NCBI GenBank assembly: GCA_000004695.1 | Contig: CM000155.2 | Coordinates: forward strand, 3,136,001 to 3,200,000 | DNA: 64,000 nucleotides | Reading direction: 5' to 3' | Source: Dictyostelium discoideum | Lineage: Eukaryota | The notes under the pieces: model-generated | Told to the model about the DNA's origin: nothing | The model's input: the letters and a program-made list of their open reading frames with translations, nothing else | The model's database searches: none | Translations under genes and position numbers: made by a program | In this document: positions 11,822 to 23,607 of the stretch, piece by piece | Numbering within the stretch: position 1 is the stretch's first letter | Layout of the letters: the number at the start of each line of letters is the position of its first letter

Positions 11822-12082
11822 TATTTTAAAAAAAATTAAAAAAATAAAAATAAAAAAATAAAAAATAAAAAAATAAAAGAAAATGTGAAAAAAAAAAACG
11901 AAAAAAAAGTGATTTATCAACTCGTTTTTTTTATTTTTTTTTTATTTTTTTTTTTAATTTCTCATATTTTTGATATCATTAACAATTTAACATTTAAATT
12001 AAAAATTTTTTTTTTTTTTTTTTTTTGTTTAATTTTATTTACAATACAAATTTATTTACAGAAGTTTTTATTTATTTTATTT

Positions 12083-12123
<41 letters not shown>

Positions 12124-12124
12124 A

Positions 12125-12346
12125 CTAATTATGTATATTTTGAGCAATTGCACTTTCTAAATCTTCAATTGTATTATTTATTAAGAAACTATTATATTCT
12201 CCCAAAATTTGTGAAATATTTATTGATACGATTTCATTTACATTTATTTCTTTTTTAAATAGTTTACTTTTTTTTAAAAATGAAATTGTGGTTGTTAATT
12301 CAAATGAATTATTTTCATTTTCAATACTATTACAAATTGGAGGCAT
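12125..12346 (-). CDS. Possible small acidic protein (73 aa), weakly supported
   Basis: An ORF of normal complexity (MPPICNSIENENNSFELTTT...) in an otherwise A/T-homopolymer region. I found no homology and no other support. Confidence 0.25.
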   Translation of the reverse strand: MPPICNSIENENNSFELTTTISFLKKSKLFKKEINVNEIVSINISQILGEYNSFLINNTIEDLESAIAQNIHN

Positions 12347-12479
12347 CTTTGAAATTATTTTGATTTTGATTTTATTTGTCTTTTTTTTTAGGTTTTATTA
12401 TTTTTAGTAATATGTTTTTTTTTAATTTGTTTTTTTTTTTTTTATACACTTTTTTAATTTTATATTTTTAATTTTTTTT

Positions 12480-12600
12480 ATTTTTTATTTTATTTTAATT
12501 TATCTTTATTTTAATTTATTTTTATTTTAATTTATTTTTTTATTTTAATTTATTTTTTTATTTTAATTTATTTTTTTATTTTAATTTATTTTTTTATTTT
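12480..12600. repeat. AT-rich minisatellite (unit of about 20 bp, ATTTTAATTTATTTTTTT, about 7 copies)
   Basis: A direct tandem repetition that is visible in the sequence. Confidence 0.7.
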
Positions 12601-13355
12601 TATTTTATTTTTTATTACAATTTATTTTTATTTTACTTTATTTATTTTTTTTTTTTTTTTTTTTTTTTTATTTTTGTTTAAATAACAAATAAATAAAAAA
12701 ATTAAATATTTGAAAATAATAATAATTTAATATAAAAAATAAAAATTTATTAATTATTGGTTATACTATGTATGGTGGTACACGCAATATTATTATAATG
12801 TATTGAACAACAATAACAATAACATTAAAAACTAAATCTCAGTTTTTTGCTTGGATAAAATTATTTTTTTATATTTTTTTTTTTTTTAGCTTTTAAATTA
12901 TTATTTTTTTTTTTTTATTTCTTTATTTATTTATTAAATACATTTTTTTTTTTTTTATTTTTTTTTTTTAATAAATTCTGAATTTATGAACCACTACAAT
13001 AATAATTAACTAATAGGTCAAGGTGTGTTTTTGAATGGTGGGGGTGTTGTGTGTTTGTTAGGTGATTTGAAGGGTGGGTTATTAGAATTTAGATTTAATA
13101 AGGGTGTGAGTTTGTCGATTTTGACCACATTGTTTTTTTTTTTATTATTATTTTTATTTTTTTTGTTTTTTTTTTTTTTTTTTTTTTTTTCTTAATTTTT
13201 GTATTTATCCATTAATTTTTTAAATTTTTTTTTTTTTTTTTTCTACTTTCAAAAATTTGAGATTTAAATCATATAGCTGTTGATGTGGATAAAGTGTTTA
13301 AAATTTTGATAATTTTAACAATATTGTTTACTACCTATATATATAGTGTTTAAAT

Positions 13356-13389
<34 letters not shown>

Positions 13390-13604
13390 CTTTCATTTTT
13401 TATCATATTCAATGGGTAAATTTTAGTCCCACAATGTTATTACCTTTTAAGGTTATACCAAAAAAAAACCCCACCACCCTAAACTATCAAGTAAAAAAAA
13501 TATAATAAATAATAAAAAAAATAAAAATATATTTAATATATTGTTGGAGTTTTTTTTTTTTTCTAATGTGGGGTGTATGAAATAAATAATGAAAATAAAT
13601 AATG

Positions 13605-13614
13605 AAAATAAATA

Positions 13615-13685
<71 letters not shown>

Positions 13686-13695
13686 TAAAAATAAA

Positions 13696-13743
<48 letters not shown>

Positions 13744-13745
13744 TT
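13605..13745. repeat. (AAT/ATA)n trinucleotide microsatellite with an embedded (AAAAAT) segment
   Basis: About 130 bp of pure AAT repeats in intergenic DNA. Confidence 0.8.
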
Positions 13746-13980
13746 CAAATAAATAATAAAAAATAAAATAAAAAATCATTCCTAATTTATCTTTTTCTTT
13801 TTTAGATTTAATCAACATGATAAAAAAAAAAAAAGATTTTTATTATTAGTGTGGTGTGGTGTGGTGTGTGGGTATATGTTAAATTTAAGTTAGTTTCACA
13901 TTTATCTATTTATATTTATTTACATTGTTAAAATCAATTTAACATATTAAGCTTCTGGAATATATTTGCAATTATTATTA

Positions 13981-14030
<50 letters not shown>

Positions 14031-14070
14031 TTTTTTTTGTTTTTTTTGTTTTTTTTTTTTTTTTTTTTTT

Positions 14071-14804
14071 CTAATTATTTTTATTTTGAATTAAATCTAA
14101 AGAATTTATAAAGATGATACCATTATCTTTCATTTTCTGTAATGATTGATCGGTACCATTCTTTGAAACACCTTTTGAGCAATCTTCTATGAAATAAGTT
14201 TTAAAACCACAACTAACTGAATCCAAGCAACTAGCCAACACGCAGAAATCAGTTGCCAAACCACAAATGTAAACATTAACAATTGAATGTTTTTTTAATA
14301 TATCATGTAATTCAGTTTTTGATTTTTTATCATTATCATAAAATGATGAAAAACTATCAACTTCTTTATCCAATCCTTTATTTATTATTATATCTTTATC
14401 TTTTACAATTAAATCTTTATTAATTTCACTACCTTTTGTATTTTGAATACAATGATCCTATTTTTTTTTTTTTTTTTTTTTTTATCCCAAACAGTTTTAG
14501 AATTTATTTTTTTATTTTATTTTTTTTTTTTTATTTTTTCAAAAATTTGAATTTTACATACAGGAAATAAAAGTTGTGTATTATTTGATTTTGTTATAAT
14601 GGAGTCATATGGTTTTTTGTTATGAGTTGATGCAAATGAAATATGGTTTTCTGGGTGCCAATCTTTTGATAAAGCAACTAAATCGAATGAACAATTATTA
14701 CGGATATCGTTTATTGGTTTTATTATATCATTTGCATTCTCTACTTCTAAACTGCCATCTTTCATAAAATCATTTTGGACATCAATAATTAATAAGCAAG
14801 ACAT
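14071..14804 (-). CDS. Nicotinamidase / isochorismatase-family hydrolase (pncA-like), about 209 aa. Exons: complement(14562..14804) and complement(14071..14457). A 104-bp intron lies at 14458-14561.
   Basis: Exon 1 encodes MSCLLIIDVQNDF...WHPENHISF. Exon 2 encodes DHCIQNTKGSE...VYICGLATDFCVLAS, and the catalytic Cys is in context. Donor is GTATGT and acceptor is ATAG. The intron is a T-run. Confidence 0.8.
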
Positions 14805-15624
14805 ATTACTACTTCTACCACTACTATTTTTGAAGAATTATTATATAATAAAAAAATAAAAAATAAAAAATAAAAAATTTAATCTTAAAAAAAGAATTTT
14901 GAAAATATATATTAAAAAATCTTTTTGTTTTGTTTTGAAACACTATAAAAAAAAATAAAAAAAAAAAATAATAAAAAAATAAAATTTTAAAAAAAAAAAA
15001 AATGAAATTTTATTCTAGAACGACCCATATAAACGAGAAAAAAAAAAAAAGAAAAGGGACAAAAATGTTTTTTGGTTGAGCTTAAAATCTTAATAGCATA
15101 TTAAATTAAATTACTAAATTTTGATATTTTTATAAAAAAAAAAAATCGGATTGGTCAATTCAATGAAACTTTTATATTAATATTTATTTATTTAAAAAAA
15201 TAATCCAATAACACATTGATATCAAAATCCAAATTGTAATTAATAATTACTATTACCCCGAGTGGTAATTAATATTTATGGTGTTGATCAAAACTAAACA
15301 AATTTTATTTTATTTTTTTTTTTTTTTTTTTATTTATTTTCCGCACACCGATTTTGGTGAAACCTAAAAAAATTAATTCCAATGAAAATATTTATAAAAC
15401 GGGTAGATTTTTAAATTTATCCAACCAGAATTTTATTTTAAAATTAAAAAAAAAAAAATTATATTTTATTTTTTTTCTTTTTCTTTTTATTTTTTTTTTA
15501 TATATTTGGGAAAAAATAAAAAAATAAAATAAAATATAATAATATAAAATAAAATAAAATAAAATAAAATAAAATAAAATAAAATAAAATAAAATAAATA
15601 AAATAAAAAAAAAAAAAAAGGAAA

Positions 15625-15665
<41 letters not shown>

Positions 15666-16425
15666 AATAAAAAGATGTGGGACTAATGAAAAAAGAAAAT
15701 GTTTCTTTTTCGTTCGAAAAAGAAAAGGGGTTAAAAAAAAGTTTAGTGTTTAGCCCGCAAAAAAAAAAAAAATTTAAAAAAAAAAAAAAAAAATTTTGAA
15801 AAATTAAAAAAAATGATTAATAAGATTTTATCCAATGAAAAAGCGTAAAGATATTATTTTGATTGGAAAAAAAAAGATTTGAAAAAATAAAAAAAAAAAA
15901 ATAAAAAAAAAATAAAATAAAAAAATAAAATAAATTGAAAAAAAAAAAAAAAAAAAAAAAAGAAAAAAAATTGAAAAAAAAAAAAATCATTATATCTGCA
16001 ATCACAAAGGTTTACAGTCGAACGAATTCAATTAATTATAAAATATTTTTTTTTTTTTTTTTTTTTTCAAATTTTTAATTTTTTTTTCTCAATTTTGAAA
16101 TAATTTGTCAAATTTAAAAATCTTGTATATCAATTACCAATAAAAATAATTTCACTAAATAAATAAATATATATAAAAAATACACAATGGGAAAAGATGA
16201 TAAAAAAGGTATGTAATAATTTTTTTATTATTTTCATTTTTTTTTTTTTTTCATTTTTTTCATTTTTTATTTTTTTTTTTCCTTTATTCCCCTAATATGT
16301 AGATATATATATTTTGTATATCACATAACTTTTTATTTTTTTTAAAAAATATTTTATTTTTAACCCCTTTCAACCCCACACGAAAATACATCACCCCACA
16401 AATCATATTATTATTTTTTTATACA

Positions 16426-16473
<48 letters not shown>

Positions 16474-17007
16474 CAAATGTTGTTAATTCAACCAATAATA
16501 AAATCTATTCTACCTAATTAAATATGTAGTTATTTGAAGGAATAACTTTTTTTATTTTTTTTTTATTTTTGCACCTTTACATTAATTTACAACTTATTGT
16601 TTTTTTCTTCTTGCTCAGATTTTTTTTTTTTTTTTCATAAAATTTGAATCTGTAATTATTTTTTTATTTTTATTTTTATTTAAATTTAAGTGATATTATT
16701 ATACTACTTTTATATTTTTTTTTATTATTTATTTCTTTTTTTATAAAATCAAACCAATTAAACATATAATTTTTTTAAATTTTTTTTTTTCCTATTTTAT
16801 TTTTATTTTTTTTATTTTTTAAAATATTTTATCATTAAATTTTATTTATTTTATTTTATTTTATTTTTTTTAAAATATTATATCATTAAATTAAAATTTT
16901 TTTATCTCCATCATTTACTTAATTTCAAAATTTAAGAGACGACTAATTTAAAATTTTATATTATTAATAAAAAAAAAAAAAAAAAAAAAAAAAAATTAAA
17001 AAATAAA

Positions 17008-17382
17008 ATGCCAATTTTTAAAGTTAAACAACCAGTTCTTAGTGAAATTATGAAGAAACTATTAGAACCACAAGAAGTTGTTATATCAAGATATAGAGAT
17101 GCTGATGGTAAACCCAAGATAGATGAATTTAAAGAGGCTTTGGTTAAAGGTTTCTTTTTAATTAAATTCCCAAAATCATTTGGTGGTGCAGAGATTGGCG
17201 TAAATATTAAAGGTTTACCAAAAGAATATACATTACATAATACGACAAGCGAATGGTCAGTTGATGGAAATAGTGTGAAAATTATTGGTAAAGTCGAATT
17301 TCAATCAATACCCACTAGATTCCAAGCTTCTTTTCAATTAAATACTTTCCAAGGTGTTGGAAATTTAGAATTAATTAATTAA
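17008..17382 (+). CDS. Hypothetical protein of 124 aa
   Basis: A compact ORF of normal complexity flanked by A/T tracts. I recognise no domain. Confidence 0.45.
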   Translation: MPIFKVKQPVLSEIMKKLLEPQEVVISRYRDADGKPKIDEFKEALVKGFFLIKFPKSFGGAEIGVNIKGLPKEYTLHNTTSEWSVDGNSVKIIGKVEFQSIPTRFQASFQLNTFQGVGNLELIN

Positions 17383-17589
17383 TTTTTTTTTTTTTTAAAA
17401 AAAAAAAAAAATATATTTAAAAAAAAAGTATAAAAAAAACATAATTCACGCACAAACCTTCATATATACATGCATCAAATATAAAATTCATAAATCATAT
17501 TTATTCATAATTCAACCACTCAACTTCATTACAACATCATTGGTTTTTTTTTAGTATTTTTTTTTATTTTTCTATTTTTTAGTTTGTAC

Positions 17590-17631
<42 letters not shown>

Positions 17632-17909
17632 AAAAAAAACCAATCACGTTCAACCCAACTTAGCAATCAATTAATAGTATTACTACTATTATTATTTTTA
17701 ACCCATAAAACCATATCACACCAATAAAAATACCTCCCCTCCCCCCTATATAGAATTGTATTTTAATATAAAAAAAAAAACAAATCCTCAAACCCTTTTA
17801 TCGAGCTTGTGAGGTTGCTTTTCTCGTATAAGAAATAAATAAAAAGTAAAAAAAAAATTAAAAAATTAAAAAAAATACCTATTAGTTATTTTTATTTATT
17901 TTTATTCAT

Positions 17910-17941
<32 letters not shown>

Positions 17942-18704
17942 TAATTAAAAAAACACACAAATAAATAATTTTTTTTATAAAGATTTAATTTTTTGTTGAT
18001 TAAATTATCATAGTTTATATTTTCTTCTTTTTTTTTATTTTTTTTAATTACCCAAATATTACCTCCTATCAGTAATTCATATTTATAAATATCTTGTTTG
18101 TGTGATAAAAAAAAACCAATTTTTAAAGTCAATATTTTAAGTCCCCATTTTCCCAACCGTTTGCAAATAAAATCATTTTTGTATAATTAATTTTTTTTTT
18201 TATAAATTATAACGGTTTTTTTTATGGACGAAATTAATATTGACGACACAAAAATTTGGAATGATAAAATTAAAAAACGAACTAGTCCAATCACAAAAAA
18301 AAAAAAAATTAATATAATTTTAAAAAAAGTTGTTTTTAACATCTTTGATAACACCAAAAGATTTGTGATATTCCAATTTTTTTTTTTTTTTTATTAACAT
18401 TTTGATTTTTTTGAAGGTTTTTTTAAAAAAAAACAAAAAAAAAAAATTTAAATGCAAAGAGTGAAGTGGCGAAGTATGATGTTATATTTTTCACTATAAA
18501 TTAATGGATATTATTACACATCTTCGTACAATCCAACTTATTGTGCTTTAAAGTTCTTTGAACTATTTTTAATGGGTTTAATATTTTTTTTTTTATTATC
18601 TTTAATTCCAAAGATCATTTTTTTTTTTTTGAAAAAAAAAAACTATAAATAAAAAAAAAAAAAAAAAACAACAGACAAAATTAAATAATTTTTTTTTATA
18701 TATA

Positions 18705-21001
18705 ATGGAACAAAAAGAATTTGTAATTATATTTTTTAAAAAACAAATAAAAAAAAAAAAAAATGTTAATTATATTATTTTTTTTTTTTTTTTTAATGTA
18801 AAAAACAATTTTAGGATATTAAAAATATTTTATTGAAGATTGAAAAAGATAAAAATGAAACTTCAAAAAAAATACAAGAAAAATATAAAGATTGTACAAT
18901 TGAAGATTTGGAAAAATCTTTAAGAATCCAAAATAAAAAATCAGAAGAAATTACTTTTATCTCAAAAAAGATTGAAGAATTAAATGAAAAATTAATAGTT
19001 GAAAAATATAAACCATTATTGTCATCGTCCAATAATTCAAATGAAATTGAAAATGAGATATCACCAAAAATTAAAGAAATTTTAATTAAAAACTCTATAT
19101 TAAAAAATGAAAATTCAGCAGTATCACCATCGATAACAACAACAGATGCATCAGCATCATTAAGTTTTGGGGGTAAAACAATTGTTTTACCATCAAATCA
19201 ACCAACAACATTAAGAAAGAGTGATGCACCAGCTGATACAAAACATATTAAATTGGAAATTACCAATGATAATAAAATTAATATTATTTGGCAGGATGCA
19301 AAAAATTATCAATCAAAAGATTGGGTTGCACTTTATAACTATAAATATGCACCACCAGATGGTTATGTAAATAATACATGGTATTGGGCTGGTAATAAAA
19401 CAAGTGGTAAAGTTGAAACAGGTGTTACTTATGATGCTAATAGAACTCAACAAGTTAGATATTATAATTATCAAAATGAACTTATTAGTCAATATACAGT
19501 TGAAAGTCAATGTTGGATAGATATTCACGGTGATCTTGGAAGTGGTCTACAAGTAAATTGGCCAAATTATTCGACATCTGGTAGTAATGATATAATTGCA
19601 ATTCATAATAGTAATTTTGGTGAACCAAAAGATCTTGCCAATTCAATTGAACAATGCTATGCTAATAAAAATGATGGTGATTGGGTTTCTGAAATTATTA
19701 ATTGTGGTTTACCATATTATGCAGTTTATTGGTCTAACATTGGTGGTGGCAATTATATAAAACAAGCATGTTCAAAACCTATGACACCAGTTGATAGAAA
19801 ACTTGCAATTGGTGAATATTATAATGGAGAAGATTCTTATAACACATCAGTTGCTGCATTTTATGATTCAAGAGCAAACGATGACAAAGATTATATTATG
19901 GTTACCCTCAAAGAAGTCGATCAACCAGGAACTCCCGGATATAATGCAAAAGCAGCCAACGGTATAGTTTTATCATCTAATCATTCGTCATACAATGATA
20001 CACTTTATTTTTGGGGAACCTATTGTAGCTTTGATAATGAAACTGGTAAATTTTATATTCGTCAAAAAAGCTGTGCACTTGAATATAGAAAATGGATCAC
20101 TGATAATTACTCAAAGTTAAAGGATAGAAAAGTAAGAAATTTAGTTTTACCAGGTTCACACGATTCAGCAACTTACTTTATCAATTCACTCTCACCAAAA
20201 TCACCAGATGCTGACCATTATAAATATCCAGATTATCTTTTAACTCCATGGTCAAAAACTCAAACTTGCTCAGTTTATAAACAATTATGTTTTGGTGTAA
20301 GATATTTTGATTTAAGAGTTGCAAGATTAAAAGATAAACTTTATATTATTCATAATTTTTACTCTGATTCAGTTAAACAAGTTTTAAAAGATATTCTTCA
20401 ATACGTTTCAGAAAATGTAAATGAAGTTATCATTCTTCATTGGAGTCATCTTTATCTTGTCGATGAAGATAATAAATTATTAATGAAGATGATAATTGAA
20501 ATATTAGGAAAATTCATGTCAAATAGTAATAAAGGACCAGATGTTAAAGTTGGAGATTTAGCTGGTACACCAATTATTTGTATATATGATGATTTAGTAA
20601 ATCCATTAAGTAATGGTGGTGCTGGTGGTAATGGAAAAAGACCAGATATTCGTGATCCAAGACTTTGGGATCCTTCATGTATATCCTCACCTTATGAAAC
20701 TTCAAGATATCATAGTTTCGAATCAATTTTAAAATTTTTAAAATCTAGAATTAATGTACCAAAAAGAAAAGTTCTCCATGTTTGTCAAGCAATTCTTACA
20801 ATTGAATTTTCTTATGAATTCTTTGGACATGACTTAATAACTTGGACTGTAGAACATCGTAATAAATTCAATGAATTCTTTAATGATCTTGAAACCTTTG
20901 CTTCACCAACAAATATTATAATGACTGATTTCGTTACATTTTATCCATTATCTTCATATTGTATTCGTAGAAATACTTTAGAATTTAATAATAGTAATTA
21001 A
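18705..21001 (+). CDS. PI-PLC X-domain-containing protein (PLCXD-like phosphodiesterase) with a long N-terminal extension, about 734 aa. Exons: 18705..18722 and 18815..21001.
   Basis: The C-terminal half has LVLPGSHDS and surrounding residues that are typical of the PI-PLC X / bacterial PI-PLC-like fold. The 18-nt first exon (MEQKEF) is inferred from a GTAATT donor and a TTTTAG acceptor in frame. Confidence 0.7.
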
Positions 21002-21148
21002 TTAGAATAAATAAATAAAAAAAAAAAAATGAAATAATAATAATTGGTTATATTTTTTTTTTATTTATATTTTTTTTTATTTTTTTTTTATTTTATAATT
21101 TTGAAGGGATGATTATACACAAATAATAATAATAATTAATAATTTATT

Positions 21149-21439
21149 TTATCTAAAAACAGCTTCAATTAATTTGACAATAAAGGCCATTCCTTCATCT
21201 TTTGGAAATTCTAATCTAGTACCAAGAAATTCATTTTCATTTCTACAATTATCAATTGATATTGGATCATAATATATATCATCTTCATTAATTGTAATAT
21301 AACCATGTACTTTTGCATCATATTTTGGATTTTGACAAATAACTTCAAATTTATTTTCAGAAATAATTGAAATATTTGTACCAGTTAAAAGTTTATAAAT
21401 TTCTAAATGATTTTCATTAGTTTTATCTAAAATTAATAG

Positions 21440-21479
<40 letters not shown>

Positions 21480-21487
21480 TTAATTTA

Positions 21488-21532
<45 letters not shown>

Positions 21533-22987
21533 CTTACTTAATAAATTTGAATTATTTAAATCAATTTTTGATTGTTCAAATTGATTTAAAATTTTTTGAA
21601 TTGATTTTAAAGAATCATCAGTTGAAGATAATAATTTTTCTTCATATTCTTCAATTTCAGATAAATGTTTTTTCTCTAATTCTTCAATTTCAGCATTTTT
21701 CAATTCTAATTGATCAAATAATAATTTATCATTTACAATTGTAATCTCTTCGATTTCCTTTTGTAAACTATCAATGATTTGTTTTGAAGAGGTTTGTAAT
21801 TGATCATAATTGAGTTGTTTTTCTTTAATGGTTAATTGTAGTTGTTGAATTTCTTTATTCTTTGATTGAGTTAATTGTTCATGATCTTGGAGTACAGATT
21901 GTTTGATATCATCGATTTTAGATAACAACTCTTTATAACTATTTGATTTATCTTGATATTTAATTGATAATTGTTGGTATTTATTTGCAAAATCAGATTT
22001 CTCATTCTCTAATCGGTTTAATAACTCTGAGGATTCCTTTAACTTTTCTTGGGTTTTTTTCACCAAGTCTTGGTGTTTCTCTAGATTTGATCTTTGTTCA
22101 TTTTCATATTTAACTTTTAAATTCTCAATAAATTCTTTTAATTTCATTAAATCATTCTCTTCATTCAAGTTTCTTTGTAATTGGGCTTCTTGCTGTCGTC
22201 TCTCTTGGATTCTCTCTGATGATGGTGTTAGGTTTTCAAAGAGGATTCTGTCCCTTTCCTCTTTCTCGGATCGTTCTTTGTTCTGCTTGTTTTGGGTCTC
22301 AATCACTTGGTTTCTGTATGAGTCAAAGTCATTGGACACTCTTTGATTGTCAGTTTCAAGTTGCTCGATTCTGCCCTCGTAAAAGAGTTTAAGTTGATTG
22401 ATTGTAAATTCATGATCATCCTTTGATTTTAATAATATATCTTTTCTAATCTCTTCACAGTTAAATCCATGACCTTCCTTTAATGATTCCATTAATACTC
22501 TATTACTCGTATTTACATTATCCAATTCTCTCTTTAATTTATTTATAACTTTCCTAGATTCAGTATCCCTTTGTTCTGCTCGAATTTTAAAATCTTCAAA
22601 TAATTGTTCTGTCTCTGTAAATCTAATCTTCTTTATTTCATTAACTTTATCTTTTAATTCATAATATTTCCTTTTAAATAAATTTAAATTATTTAAATTA
22701 TTATTATTATTATCATCATTATTTAAATTATTATTATTATTATTATTTAAATTATTATTTTTATTATTATTTACATTAATATTACTATTTGTTGTAATAT
22801 TATTATTATTTATATTATTATTATTATTATTATTATTTTCAATATCATTATTATTTTCAATATAGCTATTATTATTATTTATATTATTATTTTCTAAATT
22901 ATTTTCATCTTCAGTGAAATTTTTATGTACAGTTTGATCAATACGTTGTTTTTGTGATCTTCTATTATCTGTTGCCCTTCTTGGCAT
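21149..22987 (-). CDS. Coiled-coil protein with an N-terminal Asn-rich region, about 575 aa. Exons: complement(21538..22987) and complement(21149..21426). A 111-bp intron made of (TTA)n lies at 21427-21537.
   Basis: It begins MPRRATDNRRSQKQ. A long heptad-like E/K/Q/L region follows. The donor GTAAGT lies after LLS, and the acceptor TTTTAG precedes NKTNENHLEIYKLL...EAVFR*. Confidence 0.65.
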
Positions 22988-23607
22988 TTTATTTTTATAA
23001 AAATTAATTAAAATAAAAGTTGGTTTGAAGAGGAAAAATAATTGTTGTATTTTTATTATTAATAAAAAAGTAAAAAAAAAAAAAAAAAAAGAAAAATTGA
23101 AAAAAAAAAAAGGAAAAAAAAGTGGCGCCAAAAAAAAAAATAATAATTTTGGAGGGCAGATTTTTTTTTTTTTAACTACAAAAATTTGTTTAAGATTTAG
23201 AATTTATTTTTAAAATTAAAACATATGAAAATAAATAAAAAAAAAAGAAAAAAAATTGATTTTTTTTTTATTTTTTTTATTTTGGATTATATGTTTACAA
23301 ATAATTAATTTCAAAAATCAATTTTTTTTTTTTTTTTTTGAAACAATAATTTTATTGTTTATTTTTTATTTTTTGGTATCATAATTTTGTATTTCCTGAT
23401 TTTTTTCTTGGTGTTATTTTTATTTTTATAAAAAATAAAAAAAAAAAAAAAATAAAAATGAAAAATTAAAAAAAAAAAAAAAAAAAATTTTTAAAAAAAC
23501 CGAGTCGAACGAATCTTTTTTTTTTTTTTTTTTTTTTTTTAATTTTTTTTTTTTAATTTTTTTTATTTTCTTTAATTTATATATATATTTGACCTACAAA
23601 AATAAAA

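Noticed and set aside
11885-12258. ORFs 11885-12124 and 12025-12258, whose translations are poly-F/poly-L
   Set aside because: They are artefacts of T-homopolymer tracts and (T)n-rich intergenic DNA and have no complexity.
13453-13818. ORFs that encode poly-I and poly-L (13453-13818 and 13563-13748)
   Set aside because: They are alternate-frame readings of the (AAT/ATA)n microsatellite.
15392-16005. Minus-strand poly-F ORFs in the 15.4-16.0 kb region
   Set aside because: Products of the (AAAAT)n repeat and A-run. Low complexity.
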